From Parcubacteria group bacterium M6-OD1-3 (GTDB lineage: Bacteria; Patescibacteriota; Minisyncoccia; Moranbacterales; UBA9337), in assembly GCA_003056165.1 (NCBI GenBank), contig LSNR01000002.1:2726-66725 (forward strand): a stretch of DNA of 64,000 nt. The letters are read 5' to 3'. Positions 18,855-29,563 of this stretch are shown in pieces. Every line of letters begins with the position of its first letter. Positions within the stretch are counted from its first letter, which is position 1. The translations under genes were made by a program, and so were the position numbers. The notes below the pieces were generated by a model. That model was not told the origin of the DNA. It saw nothing but the letters and a program-made list of their open reading frames with translations, and did no database searches.

Positions 18855-20768
18855 TTACATTATTGATGCACCATCAGAAATAACTCCGTAACTCTCCGGA
18901 TCTTTGGAAAATCTATTTCTAAAATATTCTCTTGTTTCCTCATCTTCTGAAAAAATATAGCACCCTTTCATCCCTCTAGTCATAAGTGTGCGATACGTAT
19001 TTTTTATAATAGGTTCAGCAAGTCTTTGCGCATATTCTTCACCTTTTTCTTTCGCTATTTTTTTAATACCTTTTAATGATTGATCTGAGGTAGCACGCTC
19101 TCTATAATCAGTAATAATTTTTTCATCACGCACAATTAAATCGCTACCAATGATAACGCCTACATAATCAAGCTCCAATCCTTGACAAGTATGAATACAA
19201 CCAACTTCATTCACTGAGTTTGGATGTATAATCCAAGCTTGTCCATGTTTCATTAAATTCCACCGCGCTTTATAATTCCCAATTTCAATATCAAATAATA
19301 TAGGTTCTTTTTTTGAAATCCATTTCCATGTATACCCCGCAATAACCCGTGATTTATTATTTATTTTATTTTTATTAATTATTTTACTATGCAAAACTTT
19401 TGGATTATCATATACGCCGAAATTATAATCAATATCATCAAGCGTATAATTTGCAGTTTTCCTAATTTGCAATACATCATCAAGCCATGCTAAATATCCA
19501 TCTGATCCATTACACCTAAACTGTGACTCAAGATTCATTTCCAATACATCAGCATCAGCTTTTTTAGCCCATTTTTTAATTTCTTCTTTTGAACCAATAT
19601 CCTTTAGCGTGACTCTTTGATCTTCGTCTATAAAAAATACTGCCAATTTTGCTGAGTCAATAATTTCCTTTATTTGATTCACTCCTAGATTGCCATACAA
19701 ACCAGATCTTTCATTTAATCTGTGTGCTTCATCAACTAATAGTACATCAAATAAATCAACTTCTGTTTTCGTATATGAGCCTGAACCTTTAAACATATTT
19801 TGAATACGAACGCGCGCATGCCCTCCTTCTGCTAATTTCCGACTAAAAACCTCCCTTGGCGCAGAATTCTTTGTTACATATTGCACAACTTTTTGTCTAT
19901 TAGTAAATTCAGATAATAAATTAATTGCGACAACAGACTTACCAGTTCCAGGACCACCTTCAATAATCAAAACTTGTTTACCTTTTGTTTCTGCTAATTT
20001 CGCTAAATACAACACTTTCTCATACACGACTTTTTGTTCATCTAAAAGTATAAATTCTTTATTGCCATTCAGCATTGATGCGAGTGAATCAGCCAAGGCT
20101 TTCGACGGACGAATTTTTCCATTTTCTATTTCATAAAGAATATTACCACCACCATATTTGACATGTGCCTTTATAAAATTTGTTAACTTCTCCTCATCAC
20201 CTTTAAAAAATAATGGGGCTTTTTTAATATATTTTTGATATTGCTTAGATTTAATATCTTCATCCTCCTTATAATTATGCAAATATGCACAAGGATCAAG
20301 ATTTATTTCTCCATCTTGAATTCCAGAATTATAATCCTCAAGAAATGTTACATACGACCAAACCTGATAAGAAGGATGACTAACCTCTCTTTGACCACCT
20401 CCTACATATGTTTCGACAACCACACCATCCATATCAGTCTCCTCTATAGCTTGCACTTTCTCCCATTGTTTTAGCTCAACTACAACAGCATTCTTTTGCT
20501 TTTCTTGATCCAATCCAGTAATTATAAAATCAATTCGTTTCGATGTCTGAGGTATCATATATTCGATTGCAATACCTGCCTCATTTGGAATCTCGTCATC
20601 GTCTATGACATTTCTCATGAATTGCATTGAGTTAATCCATGAAGTAACTTCTCTCGGTGATACACTATGTCCTGTTTCTCTAATCATAGCACCTTTAATG
20701 CGTGTATCAATACGATTAGCTACAACATCTTGTATAAAACCTTGCTTTGTTGCTGAATAAATTATCAT
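18855..20768 (-). CDS. DUF2075 / Schlafen-group-3-like helicase with N-terminal nuclease-like domain
   Basis: RIDFII...VVELKQW (PD-(D/E)xK-like), Walker A GGPGTGKS, VDEAHRL, QFRCNGS, HTCQGLE, LMTRG. Confidence 0.85.
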   Translation of the reverse strand: MIIYSATKQGFIQDVVANRIDTRIKGAMIRETGHSVSPREVTSWINSMQFMRNVIDDDEIPNEAGIAIEYMIPQTSKRIDFIITGLDQEKQKNAVVVELKQWEKVQAIEETDMDGVVVETYVGGGQREVSHPSYQVWSYVTFLEDYNSGIQDGEINLDPCAYLHNYKEDEDIKSKQYQKYIKKAPLFFKGDEEKLTNFIKAHVKYGGGNILYEIENGKIRPSKALADSLASMLNGNKEFILLDEQKVVYEKVLYLAKLAETKGKQVLIIEGGPGTGKSVVAINLLSEFTNRQKVVQYVTKNSAPREVFSRKLAEGGHARVRIQNMFKGSGSYTKTEVDLFDVLLVDEAHRLNERSGLYGNLGVNQIKEIIDSAKLAVFFIDEDQRVTLKDIGSKEEIKKWAKKADADVLEMNLESQFRCNGSDGYLAWLDDVLQIRKTANYTLDDIDYNFGVYDNPKVLHSKIINKNKINNKSRVIAGYTWKWISKKEPILFDIEIGNYKARWNLMKHGQAWIIHPNSVNEVGCIHTCQGLELDYVGVIIGSDLIVRDEKIITDYRERATSDQSLKGIKKIAKEKGEEYAQRLAEPIIKNTYRTLMTRGMKGCYIFSEDEETREYFRNRFSKDPESYGVISDGASIM

Positions 20769-20780
20769 AATTATTTAAAT

Positions 20781-21125
20781 TTACAAATCTGTATATTTTT
20801 TACTTATACCCTTAGCTTTTTTTATTGGATATTTCTTAGCATTTATTTTCATTTTGTCCTCAAGCGCTCCCAATAAATCTATATTATAATGATTAGAAAG
20901 CATAATAAGCCAATAAAGCACATCCGCTAATTCACTAGCAATTTCATTTTCTTTTTCTGGATTGATTTTATTATCTAATGTCCATTGAAAAAGCTCCAGC
21001 ACTTCCGAAGCCTCTAAATTAAGAGAAATGGCAAGATTTTTTGGATCATGAAACTGACTCCAATCACGCTCATCACAAAAATTTCTAATAGATTTAACTA
21101 TTTTTTTATATTTATCATCATTCAT
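20781..21125 (-). CDS. MazG-like nucleotide pyrophosphohydrolase
   Basis: RDWSQFHDPKNLAISL..EASEVLE...ELADV...N..KYP. Confidence 0.9.
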   Translation of the reverse strand: MNDDKYKKIVKSIRNFCDERDWSQFHDPKNLAISLNLEASEVLELFQWTLDNKINPEKENEIASELADVLYWLIMLSNHYNIDLLGALEDKMKINAKKYPIKKAKGISKKYTDL

Positions 21126-21513
21126 AATTTTTTAAAATAATACTCCTCTCAATGTTTTAAGTATACTCTTTTTGTGGTGGGAAATCAAAGGATGAGAAAA
21201 AAAGGAGGGGGATTATTTTGTTATTGTTACTGTTTTTATTGTTGCGTAATTAATAATTCCTTTGCTTTTTTGTGTTCTATGAAGTGCATAGTAATATCAG
21301 CGGTACTTTTTAAAAAAAGGAAGCTAAAGAGGGCAAGATTGTATAAAAAACGTCCCGATGAGCTGTCGATTAAAATGATGTCAAAAATAAAATTAGCTCC
21401 TGTTTAGAGAAATAGAAAAACCATTCTAATTGTCGAAAACATAAATAAATATTTAATGGGTTTCTTGGCTACCGACATATTCAGATTATACTTCGGCACT
21501 CTTATCACCAGCC

Positions 21514-22284
21514 CTAGCGAACCGATTTCCAAACCATTCTATTTTCATCTTTAAAGAATTCCTTTAATAAATAAACCAGACCAGAAGCAATAGCGACTAT
21601 TCCTAAAGCTGATCCAAATAATCCGCCAATAAATAATATGGAAAAATTATAAATGAAATGAATTATAATAGCAATTATCAATCCCTTAACAATAGAACTA
21701 TTACTATATCCAAACTTTTTTTTACCAATTGAAAGCCCCACTATTCCCGTTGTTACCATATGTGACATCAATGGCGCTACCGCTCTAATGAGTACAGAAA
21801 TAATTATTTGCCAATTGTCCATTGATTCTACTCTATTAAAATTAAAACTAATAAAATAAATAGTGTTTTCTACAAAAGCAAATCCCAATGCCACACTAAC
21901 ACCATAAATCACGCCATCTATAACTTGCGTAAAATACTTTGAATGAAAAGATCCCACCCACAATGTTATAAATTTTACCAATTCTTCAATAGATACATAA
22001 AGAAAAATAACAACATACGATATCGCTGAAAAGTTTATCGCATTGCTATCTCTCGTCAAAAAATCAAATTCTTTGTGGGAGCTTGGATCTATGACATTAT
22101 TCACAATACCTTCAATTCCAATAGATAATAACGCTGCCAACCCACCCCAAATCAAAACAAGTTTTAAAATCATTTTCTTCGGTTCAATATCACCAATATC
22201 ATTTTTTCGGAAAACCCAAAGCCAAAGTAGCACAGGGAATATAACTAATGTTATATATAACGCCACTATTAAAAATATATTCAT
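21514..22284 (-). CDS. PrsW family intramembrane protease
   Basis: EP near N-terminus, IEELVK, GFAFVEN, conserved His residues (MSH, IIH). Confidence 0.88.
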   Translation of the reverse strand: MNIFLIVALYITLVIFPVLLWLWVFRKNDIGDIEPKKMILKLVLIWGGLAALLSIGIEGIVNNVIDPSSHKEFDFLTRDSNAINFSAISYVVIFLYVSIEELVKFITLWVGSFHSKYFTQVIDGVIYGVSVALGFAFVENTIYFISFNFNRVESMDNWQIIISVLIRAVAPLMSHMVTTGIVGLSIGKKKFGYSNSSIVKGLIIAIIIHFIYNFSILFIGGLFGSALGIVAIASGLVYLLKEFFKDENRMVWKSVR

Positions 22285-22306
22285 CTATTTTTCTTTATCA
22301 AAAAAA

Positions 22307-22903
22307 TTATAAGGAAATTCCGCTAAAAGCATTTAAAATAAATCCGCCGGGAGGCGCCATGATACCGGTTTGTTGCATTTTCATAACATATACAATCACA
22401 AAAATTAATCCGGCAATCATACATACCACCGAAACAATAATAGCTGTTTTACCAAGAGATTTCGCTCCTTTATTTAAAGCGATATTGCCCATTATTATTC
22501 CTGCCGGACCGAGTATTATCGGAGCAAAGATTGCCGACATCGCACCAACAATAATCGCAATTATCCCCCAAATCATACCGACTCTTTGTTGTTTATCAGA
22601 CATCGTTTCAATCGGAACACCTTGTGCTTGGTAATGAGGTTGCTCTTCCGATTGATTTGGATTTGGAGTTGAATTTTGGTTTGGGTTTTGAGAATTATGC
22701 TGTTGTCGCATCGATGCATTATTCTGCACAGTGTTTTGTGCCAGATTTTCTCCCTGAATTTGATTATCGTCTTGATTGTTATCAATTTGAGTGCCATCAT
22801 CAAACTCAATACGACCCATATTTATCGATCGAACTTGATCATTTTGTGAAGCACTAACTTCATTATCAGAAATTTGTGTTTCGTTTTGTTTTTTATTTTC
22901 CAT
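22307..22903 (-). CDS. Membrane protein with N/Q-rich N-terminus (DUF4190-like C-terminus)
   Basis: Low-complexity N-terminus, then 2-3 TMs with GPAGIIMG..A. Confidence 0.65.
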   Translation of the reverse strand: MENKKQNETQISDNEVSASQNDQVRSINMGRIEFDDGTQIDNNQDDNQIQGENLAQNTVQNNASMRQQHNSQNPNQNSTPNPNQSEEQPHYQAQGVPIETMSDKQQRVGMIWGIIAIIVGAMSAIFAPIILGPAGIIMGNIALNKGAKSLGKTAIIVSVVCMIAGLIFVIVYVMKMQQTGIMAPPGGFILNAFSGISL

Positions 22904-23387
22904 TTTTCTTTAAATTCTTCTAAAATCGTCCTCTCTCGCAATTTCAAATTTCAACATTATTCTTGTTCATTTGAAAAATTTAAAAGTTTGTGACAAAAGG
23001 GATTCCTAAAGAAATCTATTAATTAATTAAATTAATTACTTTTATTAAAATAAACCATTTTCTCTTTGAGATATATCCTGCCCATATCGACAGGCAAAAA
23101 TTTAAATATAATTCTTAAATAACAAAAATTTTAGATAAACTCACTCTTTGATTATAATATCATATTGTTTTTATCTTCGCTAGTAAAAATTTCGACACAA
23201 GTTGTCCGTAAGTTATTGTATTTCGATAGACTGGATTGTAATAAACCAACAGGGAATTTTTTCATTAAAAAATAATCGCCTATTATATTAATACAATATA
23301 CTTTTCTAAATGATGCGAAGCATCTAAAAAGCCAATGAAAAAACACTCTTATTCAGAGTGTTCTTTTGTATAAAGTAAATCCACAAT

Positions 23388-23401
23388 CTTTTGTGGTTCC
23401 C
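23388..23401. other. 3' arm of the 16S processing stem (pairs with 25886-25899)
   Basis: ttttgtggttccc is the reverse complement of gggaaccacaaaa upstream of the 16S gene. Confidence 0.6.
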
Positions 23402-23743
23402 CTCTTTAATTAAAAACCGAAGTTTTTAATATGAATGCTTGTATTCAGAGTCGTATTCGTTTGGTATTTCGCCGAGGCGAAATAACCGACCTTATAGATT
23501 CATCCCATTGCTATAAGCAATAGGAGTACACCTTAACTCCCTAGAAAGGAGGTGATCCATCCACAGCTTCCGCTACGGATGCCTTGTTACGACTTCGTCC
23601 CTATCACCAGCCCCACCGTTGTTCCTGCTATGACACAAGACCTTCGGGTGTTGCCGGCTCTCTTGACGTGACGGGCGGTGAGTACAAGATCCGGGAACGT
23701 ATTCACCGGGACATGGCTGATTCCCGATTACTAGTGATTCCGG

Positions 23744-23780
<37 letters not shown>

Positions 23781-23907
23781 AGACCAACTTTTTGGGATTA
23801 GCTCCACCTCGCGGTTTCGCAACCCTCTGTATTGGCCATTGTAGCACGTGTGTAGCCCAGGGCGTCAAAGGGCCATGCTGATCTGACGTCATCCCCTCCT
23901 TCCTCCC

Positions 23908-24112
23908 AGACTTTAATGCGCTTCGCTTTAATTTTGAATTATGAATTTTTAATTTCAATTGAATTTTTTAAATGAATTAATTTTTAATTCCGAAATATTA
24001 ACTTTTAAGTTTTAAGCTTTACTTCAAAAAATTATGTCATTAAAACATTAGTTCATTCAATCAAAATTTAAAATTGGAAATTCAGAATTGTACACGAAGT
24101 GTACTAAAGTCT
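23908..24112 (-). other. ~200-nt AT-rich insertion extending 16S helix 40 (about E. coli 1165-1170)
   Basis: Closing stem cccagacttta...taaagtctggg replaces the short loop between conserved ccttcctcc and ggcagtctc. Confidence 0.85.
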
Positions 24113-24783
24113 GGGCAGTCTCGCGTGACATATATAACACACGACAGGGGTTGCGCTCGTTACCCCACTTAAGGGAACACCTTACGGCACGAGCTGACGA
24201 CGACCATGCAGCGCCTGCTTAGCGTTCTCGAAGACGCTTCTATCTCTAGAAGCCACAGCTAAGTTTCAAGCCCTGGTGAGGTGCCTCGCTTAATATCGAA
24301 TTAAACCACATGCTCCACCACTTGTGCGGATCCCCGTCTATTCCTTTGAGTTTTAAGCTTGCGCTCGTACTTCCCAGGCGGCATATTTAACGCGTTAGCT
24401 ACGACACTAGGAGGGTCGATACTCCTAACATCTAATATGCATCGTTTACGGCGTGGACTACGGGGGTATCTAATCCCCTTCGCTCCCCACGCTTTCGCAT
24501 CTCAGCGTCAGAAAAGTGCCAATTGAATGCCTTCGCCTTTGGTGTTCCTCATGATATCAACGCATTTCACTACTACACCATGAATTCCATCAATCTCTCA
24601 CTTTCTCTAGATATACCGTTTCAAATGCAGTTTCCGAGTTGGGCTCGGAGATTTAACATCTGACTAGTATATCCGCCTACATGCGCTTTACGCCCAATAA
24701 ATCCGGATAACGCTTGGGGTCTCTGTATTACCGCTACTGCTGGCACAGAGTTAGTAACCCCTTATTCAACTGATACCGTCAAT

Positions 24784-25230
24784 TTCGTACCTTTTTAAAT
24801 TCAATTTATTAAATTCAAAATTATTCAGATAATTAGTTTTGCGGACGAGTGGTAATAATATACTCATACTCGTCCTTGTTTTTTAATTTTCATTATATAA
24901 TAGTTATATTAAAAGAATTAAAGTAATACAATTTTATTATATCTTTAATATCATCTATCTCCAAAGGACACGTCACTTTGAACCTAATAGAATTCATATG
25001 ATAATTTATATCCTCCATCTGCACACCTTCAATTTCTTCGATTTGCGAGACTAAATTTTCAATGTCCACCATATTGCTATTTTCGTCTGCTGGCATTATC
25101 CAATATGTTTTTTCTTCTCCCATTGTTACCTCCCTTCTCTCTTGTCTTCAAGGAAACATCGACTTTTCATACACAAAAACAAAACCAATTATCCGAACAC
25201 AATTTCAAATTAAATTCAAAAAGGTACGAA
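24784..25230 (-). other. ~447-nt ORF-bearing insertion in the 16S V3 region
   Basis: Bounded by a 24-bp inverted repeat ttcgtacctttttaaattcaattt / aaattaaattcaaaaaggtacgaa. Confidence 0.88.
24893..25123 (-). CDS. 76-aa acidic protein encoded inside the 16S insertion
   Basis: SD AAGGGAGGT upstream of ATG, same strand as the rRNA, followed by hairpin 24843-24875. Confidence 0.7.
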   Translation of the reverse strand: MGEEKTYWIMPADENSNMVDIENLVSQIEEIEGVQMEDINYHMNSIRFKVTCPLEIDDIKDIIKLYYFNSFNITII

Positions 25231-25601
25231 CTTCTTCTCAGTTAAAAGCAGTTTACGACCCTAGGGCCTTCATCCTGCACGCGGCGTCGCTCCATCAGGC
25301 TTTCGCCCATTGTGGAATATTCTCGACTGCAGCCTCCCGTAGGAGTTTGGACAGTGTCTCAGTTCCAATGTTGGGGATCACGCTCTCACGCCCCCTACCC
25401 GTCATAGCCTTGGTGAGCAATTACCTCACCAACAAGCTGATAGGACGCAGGCCACTCCTTAAGCGATAAATCTTTACTCCGTAGAGCACATCGTGTATTA
25501 TTCCGGATTTCTCCGGGTTATTCACGACTTAAGGGTATGTTCCTACGCGTTACTAACCCGTCTGCCGAGGGTCTAAACCCTCTCGACTTGCATGCCTTAT
25601 C

Positions 25602-25641
<40 letters not shown>

Positions 25642-26709
25642 AATAAAATTGAGTAATTTTCCCATATTAGAAGTTTTCAGAACATCCTAGTAAGGATCCC
25701 TGTCCGCCTCTGGAGGAAAACTCTCAATAAAATGAGCAAAAAAAATAAATTTAATGCCACATTGAGATTTATTAAAATCTTAAAGATTTTAATTATCTAA
25801 AGAAAATAGAAAACTATTTTCAAAAATTTGAAACTATAACTCTGAAATAAACATTGATTAATATTTTAAAAAAATACTAATCTTCAGGGAACCACAAAAA
25901 ATAATGATTTTACTACTACCTAATCAATATCTGTTTTAGATATAAAAATATAACTAAAACTGATTTTTTATGATTCTGTCCAAATTTCTAACCGTCAAAA
26001 ATTAGAAAATTTGGAACTATTTATCCAGACACTAAATTTGGTGTCGGATTCTTGTCAAACTGCTGTCATTAACTGCAAATTGATATGGAGAAAAATATAT
26101 CGCTGTAAAAATTTCTCCAGATTATCTGAAGTTAAAAGGATGACAACCCGGGACAGGATAAAAATCCTGGCAGGAGGGGGGACCAGAAGGGAATTAGTCC
26201 CAGGTTGTCAAATCTCAAATAACTAAAAAAACACATTTCTATCCACTCTTAATATGGACAGGAATGTATTCTCAATTCACCCGAATTTCAAATATATTTT
26301 ATAAAACTAATTTTATGTTTTTTTGTTTAAAAATTATTGATTATATCTAAAACTTTTTCAATAAAATTTAACCGCTTAATAGAAATTAAAAAGAATTTTT
26401 TCCACCAGCGCATAAACATAATAGCACCCTCTCAAAATCTGTCAACCCCAAGTCTTAAAAAATATTAATTCTCACAAAAACAACTCTCACAAAATTAAAT
26501 TTCTTTTCATTCTTTCATTCCAATATTTTTTTCTGCACAAAACTTTTGATGAGATTTGGCTTTTAGAGTTTTGACTAACTTAATTTTTAGATGATATAAA
26601 TAAATAATGTGAATAAATATTAGTCATAAAATACAAGTGGTTTTTATGGACAACTAATATTTTATATGCTTTAATAGAGCAAAGCTAAAAATAGAAGGGG
26701 AGATATCTC

Positions 26710-27540
26710 ATGAATATAAAAACAACATTAATAGAATTTGGTAACGATGATATTTTGCGAGGAATTTTGGTTTTACCGAAAAATCCGCAAAAAGTAGTCG
26801 TAATGTCGGGTGGTTTTGAACGATCCGCCACAACGGAAAAGAAGTTTAAAAGCTTGGCAGATGAATTGACTAAACAAAATGTCGCTTCTTTTCGCTTTGA
26901 CTACACCGGTATCGGATTGTCTGATGGTGATTTTTCTCAATTGACTATCAAATCTTTGACAGAAGATTGGAAAAATGCTATTAAGATAGCAAAACAAGAA
27001 ACTAAATTATCAGAAGTTTCCGTGGTTGCTCATTCCTTATCGACTTGCACAGTTGCTGGGCTGAAAAAAGAAATGTCCTTTGACAAAATAGTTTTCATCG
27101 CTCCAGCATTAAACCAGCGCGAGTTGCTTCGTTATTGGTTTACAGTGTCAGAGATGAAAAAATCTCAATCGGAAATTGTTGTTGACTGGGATAATTTCCA
27201 AAAATATTTAGATGAAGAGAAATTTTTAGCTGATTGTCGAAAAGAAGACAAGATGACAAAAGTTAACTATATTTCTACCGAATATTTTTTGGAAAATCAG
27301 AACAAAAATTACGCAGAACTGTTGTCAAATGTGGAAAATATTCTCCATATTCATGGAGACTCTGATAACAAGGTTCCTCTAGAAAGTTTGTCAGTAAATT
27401 TTCCCAATCAAATCATCATCAAGGATGGTGATCATGATTTGGAAAATCCAAACACAATAAACCAATGGCTTGAAAAGGCCGTAATTTTTCTAACTTCTCA
27501 AGGAGGAAAGAATGGAAAAAAGAGTCTTAGCAATTCATAG
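26710..27540 (+). CDS. Alpha/beta hydrolase
   Basis: FRFDYTGIGLSDG, nucleophile elbow AHSLS, HGDSDNKV, GDH. Confidence 0.85.
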   Translation: MNIKTTLIEFGNDDILRGILVLPKNPQKVVVMSGGFERSATTEKKFKSLADELTKQNVASFRFDYTGIGLSDGDFSQLTIKSLTEDWKNAIKIAKQETKLSEVSVVAHSLSTCTVAGLKKEMSFDKIVFIAPALNQRELLRYWFTVSEMKKSQSEIVVDWDNFQKYLDEEKFLADCRKEDKMTKVNYISTEYFLENQNKNYAELLSNVENILHIHGDSDNKVPLESLSVNFPNQIIIKDGDHDLENPNTINQWLEKAVIFLTSQGGKNGKKSLSNS

Positions 27541-28183
27541 CAATGAACTTTTTTTCGGCAAAGATGCGCCGAATTTTTATCAATTTATCGCCAACAAGCG
27601 CGGTATTGGTGACGAGATGAACAAACTGCAAGAACAATATAAAGCCGAAAAAGAAAACAGCTCTCTGCTTTTGCAGAAAACCTATTCGCTAGCAATGAGT
27701 GGACTGACAAAATCTGAACTGGAAAGGTATATTGAAGAATTTTTTGTAAATCCTCAGGCGCTCACAACAATTAATTTTGTAAAAGTTATGGTAATGCTTG
27801 ATTTACTGCGACAGAAAGGCTATGAAATACTTGTCTTTACCTCATATCCTGTTGAAATTTACCAACACCCTGCTAATTTCAAGCAAAAAATATTTGGCCC
27901 AAACGCCAAATATGACGGGAGTAAAATTTGCGGATTTTATTTTACTAATTTTCGCTCTCCTAGTGCAGCATATACCGCTATGCTATATTTAGAATTGCTT
28001 CCGCCACGAGGAACTACTATAGGTGAACCTAACCGATATGGATTGGTTTACAAATTACTCGATATTATCATCACACAAAAAATTTCAACAGAAAACCTCT
28101 TTGTTCTCGGCTCCAGTGTCACCACTGAGCCGATGCACAAAATCGGCGGGAAAAGAATCAAGAAGTTGGAGGAGCTTTTATAA
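27512..28183 (+). CDS. Hypothetical protein, possibly a degenerate HAD-like fold
   Basis: Strong SD; GYEILVFTS and LFVLGSSVT resemble HAD motifs II/IV but DxD is absent. Confidence 0.55.
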   Translation: MEKRVLAIHSNELFFGKDAPNFYQFIANKRGIGDEMNKLQEQYKAEKENSSLLLQKTYSLAMSGLTKSELERYIEEFFVNPQALTTINFVKVMVMLDLLRQKGYEILVFTSYPVEIYQHPANFKQKIFGPNAKYDGSKICGFYFTNFRSPSAAYTAMLYLELLPPRGTTIGEPNRYGLVYKLLDIIITQKISTENLFVLGSSVTTEPMHKIGGKRIKKLEELL

Positions 28184-28215
28184 ATCTGAAAAACAAACCC
28201 CATTTAAATAATGAC

Positions 28216-28252
28216 GCGGGACAGGAGACATTTCTTCTGTTCCGTTTTTTTT
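28216..28252 (+). terminator. Intrinsic terminator
   Basis: gcgggacaggaga ... tcttctgttccgt followed by a T run. Confidence 0.7.
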
Positions 28253-28301
28253 ATTATCAATACAAAAAATTTTACTCAATTCCAAAAATTTGTAAATAAA
28301 T

Positions 28302-29418
28302 TTAACTGTTTTTTGTAGAGTTTATTTTCAAAAAACTCCAAATAAAATTATCTATATTTCCTTCCAAGACTTTTTCAACATTGTTTTCTTCATATTTGGT
28401 GCGATGATCTTTGACCATTTTATAAGGATGTAAAACATAAGAGCGAATTTGACTACCCCATTCAGCACTAGATCTTTCGCCACGCAACTCCGCCTCCTCT
28501 TTTTTAGCTTCTTCAATTTTCTGCTGTTGCAATTTGGCGCGTAAAATTTTTAAAGCGGTTTCTTTATTTTGCAACTGCGAGCGTTCATTTTGACAAGTAG
28601 CAACTAGGTTACTAGGCAAATGTGTTATTCGCACTGCACTATCGGTCGTGTTAACACTTTGCCCACCAGCACCCGAGGAACGAAAAGTATCAATTCGCAA
28701 ATCGCTTTCTTCAATTTCAATTTCAGTTTCATTTTTTACAATCGGCAAAATCTCTACTACTGCAAAAGATGTTTGTCGCAAATTATCTGAGTTAAATGGC
28801 GACAATCGTACCAAACGATGCGAACCAATTTCACTTCGCAAATAACCATAAGCCAATTCGCCAGAAATTTCCAATGTCACATTTTTAATTCCCGCTTCGC
28901 TACCAGCTGATTTATCCAAAATTTTAGTTTTAAATTTTTTATTTTCCGCCCAACGCAAATACATTCGCAACAACATTTCCGCCCAATCCTGCGCATCAGT
29001 TCCACCAGCTCCGGAACGAATAGTCATAATCACATCACTCGCATCGTATTTTCCGTCAAACAAAGTTTTTAATTCCAACTCCGCAAAACGCTTTTTTAAA
29101 TCAGCCAATTCAACAGTGAAACTCAGCTTCGCTGTTGGTGATTTCAAATTTTTTTCCTCCTCTGACAATTCTACTAGTTCATCCAAATCAGAAATTTCTT
29201 TTTCCAAATTAGCTACTGACTCAATGTCCTCTTTTGATTGTTCTAGCTTCTTCATTATTGATGAAGCGTTTCCTTGATTATTCCAAAAATCCGTTTGTTC
29301 ACTTTCCTTCTTCAACTTCGCAATTTCTTTTTTCTTTTTATCCAAGTCAAAGACGGTCCCGCAACCACGGGAGCTTATTTTTTAATTCCTCAATTTCAAC
29401 TTTGATTTCATTTGACAT
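28302..29418 (-). CDS. prfB: Peptide chain release factor 2, programmed +1 frameshift
   Basis: SPF and GGQ motifs; upstream ORF MSNEIKVEIEELKNKLPWLRDRL ends in CTT TGA C (29352-29346). Confidence 0.95.
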
Positions 29419-29505
29419 AGTGTTAACAATATTCCATCTTACTTTAATCTAGCAAATTCACTAGATTATAGCAAATAATTACTAAACAAATTATTTGAAA
29501 AAAAT

Positions 29506-29541
29506 AAAAAATCCGCTGGCATTAATCGCTGGCGGATTTTT
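29506..29541. terminator. Bidirectional terminator-like hairpin
   Basis: aaaaatccgct ... ggcggattttt. Confidence 0.65.
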
Positions 29542-29563
29542 TAAGTTTTCAAATGCTATCCAC

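Noticed and set aside
21130-21510. ORF 21174-21407 or ncRNA in the MazG-PrsW spacer
   Set aside because: Implausible amino-acid composition, no RBS and no clear secondary structure.
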